DNA of 63,687 nt, filler included, from an uncultured Rhodopirellula sp. (GTDB taxonomy: Bacteria; Planctomycetota; Planctomycetia; Pirellulales; Pirellulaceae): assembly GCA_964007735.1 (NCBI GenBank). It is 13 parts of 13 records of this genome, joined end to end, with 100 filler letters (N's around TTAATTAATTAA, not from the genome) between each part and the next. Parts side by side here need not be neighbours in the genome. Positions count along the whole stretch, not along the records: positions 60,298 to 63,687 come from CAXGAI010000121.1; 12 more parts are not named here. One strand, 5' to 3'. The number at the start of each line of letters is the position of its first letter. Position 1 is the first letter of the stretch. Below are positions 61,982-63,687 of the stretch, piece after piece. The notes beneath the pieces were generated by a model. That model did not search any database and was not told the origin of the DNA. It was given only the letters and a program-made list of their open reading frames with translations. The position numbers and the translations under genes were made by a program.

Positions 61982-63520
61982 TTAATCTTTGTCCGTCATA
62001 TATTTACTTCTTTTTGACTGATTTGAATGTAGTCGGAAACGCCTTTGTGGTGAGTTGTTTTGTTCAGGAGTTTCGGGGAGGGGAGACTTGTTTACCAACT
62101 GCGAGTATCCTTCTCGTATTGCGATGTCAGGCGATTCTGGCGAACTCTCTGAATATTTTTTCTTGGGCTTAGGAATGAATAAGACCAATATAGCTCCAAC
62201 GAACCAACACACGGCCGTAGCTATGAATGGAGCCGAAAGATCTCCGGTCAACTCCCCCCAAAGAGCCGCTCCGGGAACGGCTATGGCCCCAAAAATAATT
62301 GAAAATGGCATTCCCACACTGCGCACCGCTCCTAAGTATCTTCGCCCAAAGAAGGATCCCCAAATAGTCTCTTGAAGTGGAATCTGCCCTCCAAACCCGA
62401 AACCGATGAGGGTGCAACCTAAGAGAAATATCAACGGGAGTTCGCCATTGAATTTCCAGAATTCCACAGGATATCTAACTGTAGGCTGGTCAGCCATTTG
62501 GCTTGCTAGTGCCACTACAAGGAATCCGATCCCGGCGATGCTAAAGCCGATGGTCGCGAGCTTTTTTGCATCGTAGTGATCAATTGTGTAACCCCAAAAC
62601 GGTTTAGATATGGCCGCCCATAGAGACATTGTGGCTGAAAGTGAGGCCGCGACAATCAGCGAGTATCCAGCGTCAGTGGCAAGCGGTACCAATAGTGAGA
62701 GTGCTATGACGATCCCTATACCAGCAGTTCCAAAAGTTAATACGAGCAGATACAAAGACCAAGTACGAAGTGCTTCGCTGCGAGTGAGGGAGTTTTCAAA
62801 ATCCTCTCTTACCGCCTTCCCGCGGGTCGCCTGCATCTCCTCAGCTGTCCTGTTGTCGGGATGGAGTCCATAGTCTTCAGGCTGCCTGCGCATCACCATA
62901 GCAGCAGCGTATACGACTATCCACGCGATGACGGCATGTACTTGCCATGCCTCACGCCATCCCCATCCCTCGATGACGATAGCAGTCAGTATGGGATAGA
63001 TCACACCTGCCATCGACACACCGGTTGCCGCTATTGCAACCATCAAGCCTCTTCTTTCGACCCACCATTTCGCCAAGGTGACGTTCACCACGAGATTCCC
63101 GATCATCGCAGCGCCGATAGTGAACGTAACCGACCGTAGAACTAACCATTGTGCTAATGGCGAGACGGTAATACCTGCTATGGAAAATTCCTGTATCGCG
63201 CTCGTTAGGAACATCGAGGCTCCTACTATGGTCATGCCAACTACCATCAATGGTCGCCCGCCCCAGCGATCTATCCAGGCACCGACTACAAAACCGACCA
63301 AAGCCATGGTAACTCGCGATCCTGTTTGTCCTAAGAGGAACTCCGACCGCTCCCAACCAAAGTCACCACTCATCGCGTCAAGCATGGTGCTTGTAACACC
63401 ATTCTGCGTGCCTACCGAGATGAGTTGGGCGAAAAAGGCCGCAAGAGTTATCCAGTAGCCATAATAGATAATACTGTTTTTGGTTGCGGTTGAACGTTGT
63501 GCCAAATTTGAGTTAGTCAT
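61982..63520 (-). CDS. MFS transporter
   Basis: YYGYWI start, G.WIDRWGGR motif A, KWWVERRG, GWREAW, FFGRRYLGAVR; about 12 TM segments. Confidence 0.92.
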   Translation of the reverse strand: MTNSNLAQRSTATKNSIIYYGYWITLAAFFAQLISVGTQNGVTSTMLDAMSGDFGWERSEFLLGQTGSRVTMALVGFVVGAWIDRWGGRPLMVVGMTIVGASMFLTSAIQEFSIAGITVSPLAQWLVLRSVTFTIGAAMIGNLVVNVTLAKWWVERRGLMVAIAATGVSMAGVIYPILTAIVIEGWGWREAWQVHAVIAWIVVYAAAMVMRRQPEDYGLHPDNRTAEEMQATRGKAVREDFENSLTRSEALRTWSLYLLVLTFGTAGIGIVIALSLLVPLATDAGYSLIVAASLSATMSLWAAISKPFWGYTIDHYDAKKLATIGFSIAGIGFLVVALASQMADQPTVRYPVEFWKFNGELPLIFLLGCTLIGFGFGGQIPLQETIWGSFFGRRYLGAVRSVGMPFSIIFGAIAVPGAALWGELTGDLSAPFIATAVCWFVGAILVLFIPKPKKKYSESSPESPDIAIREGYSQLVNKSPLPETPEQNNSPQRRFRLHSNQSKRSKYMTDKD

Positions 63521-63687
63521 AGTCTGAACACGGTCTCCGGCAATCAGCTTCTAATCAGGATATTAAGTGATTAAATGAGGCGACCCCAACTAAGCCCAAC
63601 TATCCTTTCATTTCAAGGGAAACAGTAGCAGACCTGTCCAACAATAAACATCAGTATTTAGGTAGAGTGGCCCCATTGTGGCCCCAT

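Noticed and set aside
1071..63458. Numerous 60-160 aa ORFs antisense to or nested in recognised genes
   Set aside because: They are shadow frames with no recognisable motifs and conflict with well-supported genes.

Overview
This window is not a contiguous locus. It is 13 short contigs (about 6 kb down to about 4 kb, in decreasing length order) joined by 12 artificial 100-nt linkers (N44-TTAATTAATTAA-N44). Gene content and composition point to several taxa (inferred): Verrucomicrobia (1-12105, 42655-43898), Planctomycetes (DUF1553/DUF1501 modules, sulfatases, ResB/CcsA, AAA+/vWA pair), Chloroflexi of SAR202/Dehalococcoidia type (rnhA-coaX-coaBC; MaoC pair, PPOX, MFS) and a proteobacterium (flgC-flgD-long flgE). 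Several contigs also carry abrupt internal junctions near their ends (murF, ilvD, DUF374, fliC, rotamase fragments), typical of amplification or assembly chimeras. Most genes belong to ordinary families. The most notable observations are: (1) a >1090-aa surface protein with doubly nested domains, where one domain sits inside a homologous copy that itself sits inside a third domain; (2) a ResB/CcsB-type cytochrome c biogenesis protein with a six-bladed YWTD-like propeller inserted in its conserved C-terminal motif; (3) an attP-like or tandem-island junction with a tRNA-Val 3' fragment, arm-type repeats on both sides and an integrase tail; (4) a DnaA-box cluster and a three-hairpin leader upstream of a porin gene; (5) a three-repeat, possibly beta-trefoil, secreted protein next to an M6 metalloprotease. 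No CRISPR array, rRNA or intact tRNA was seen. All family calls come from motif recognition, not database searches.
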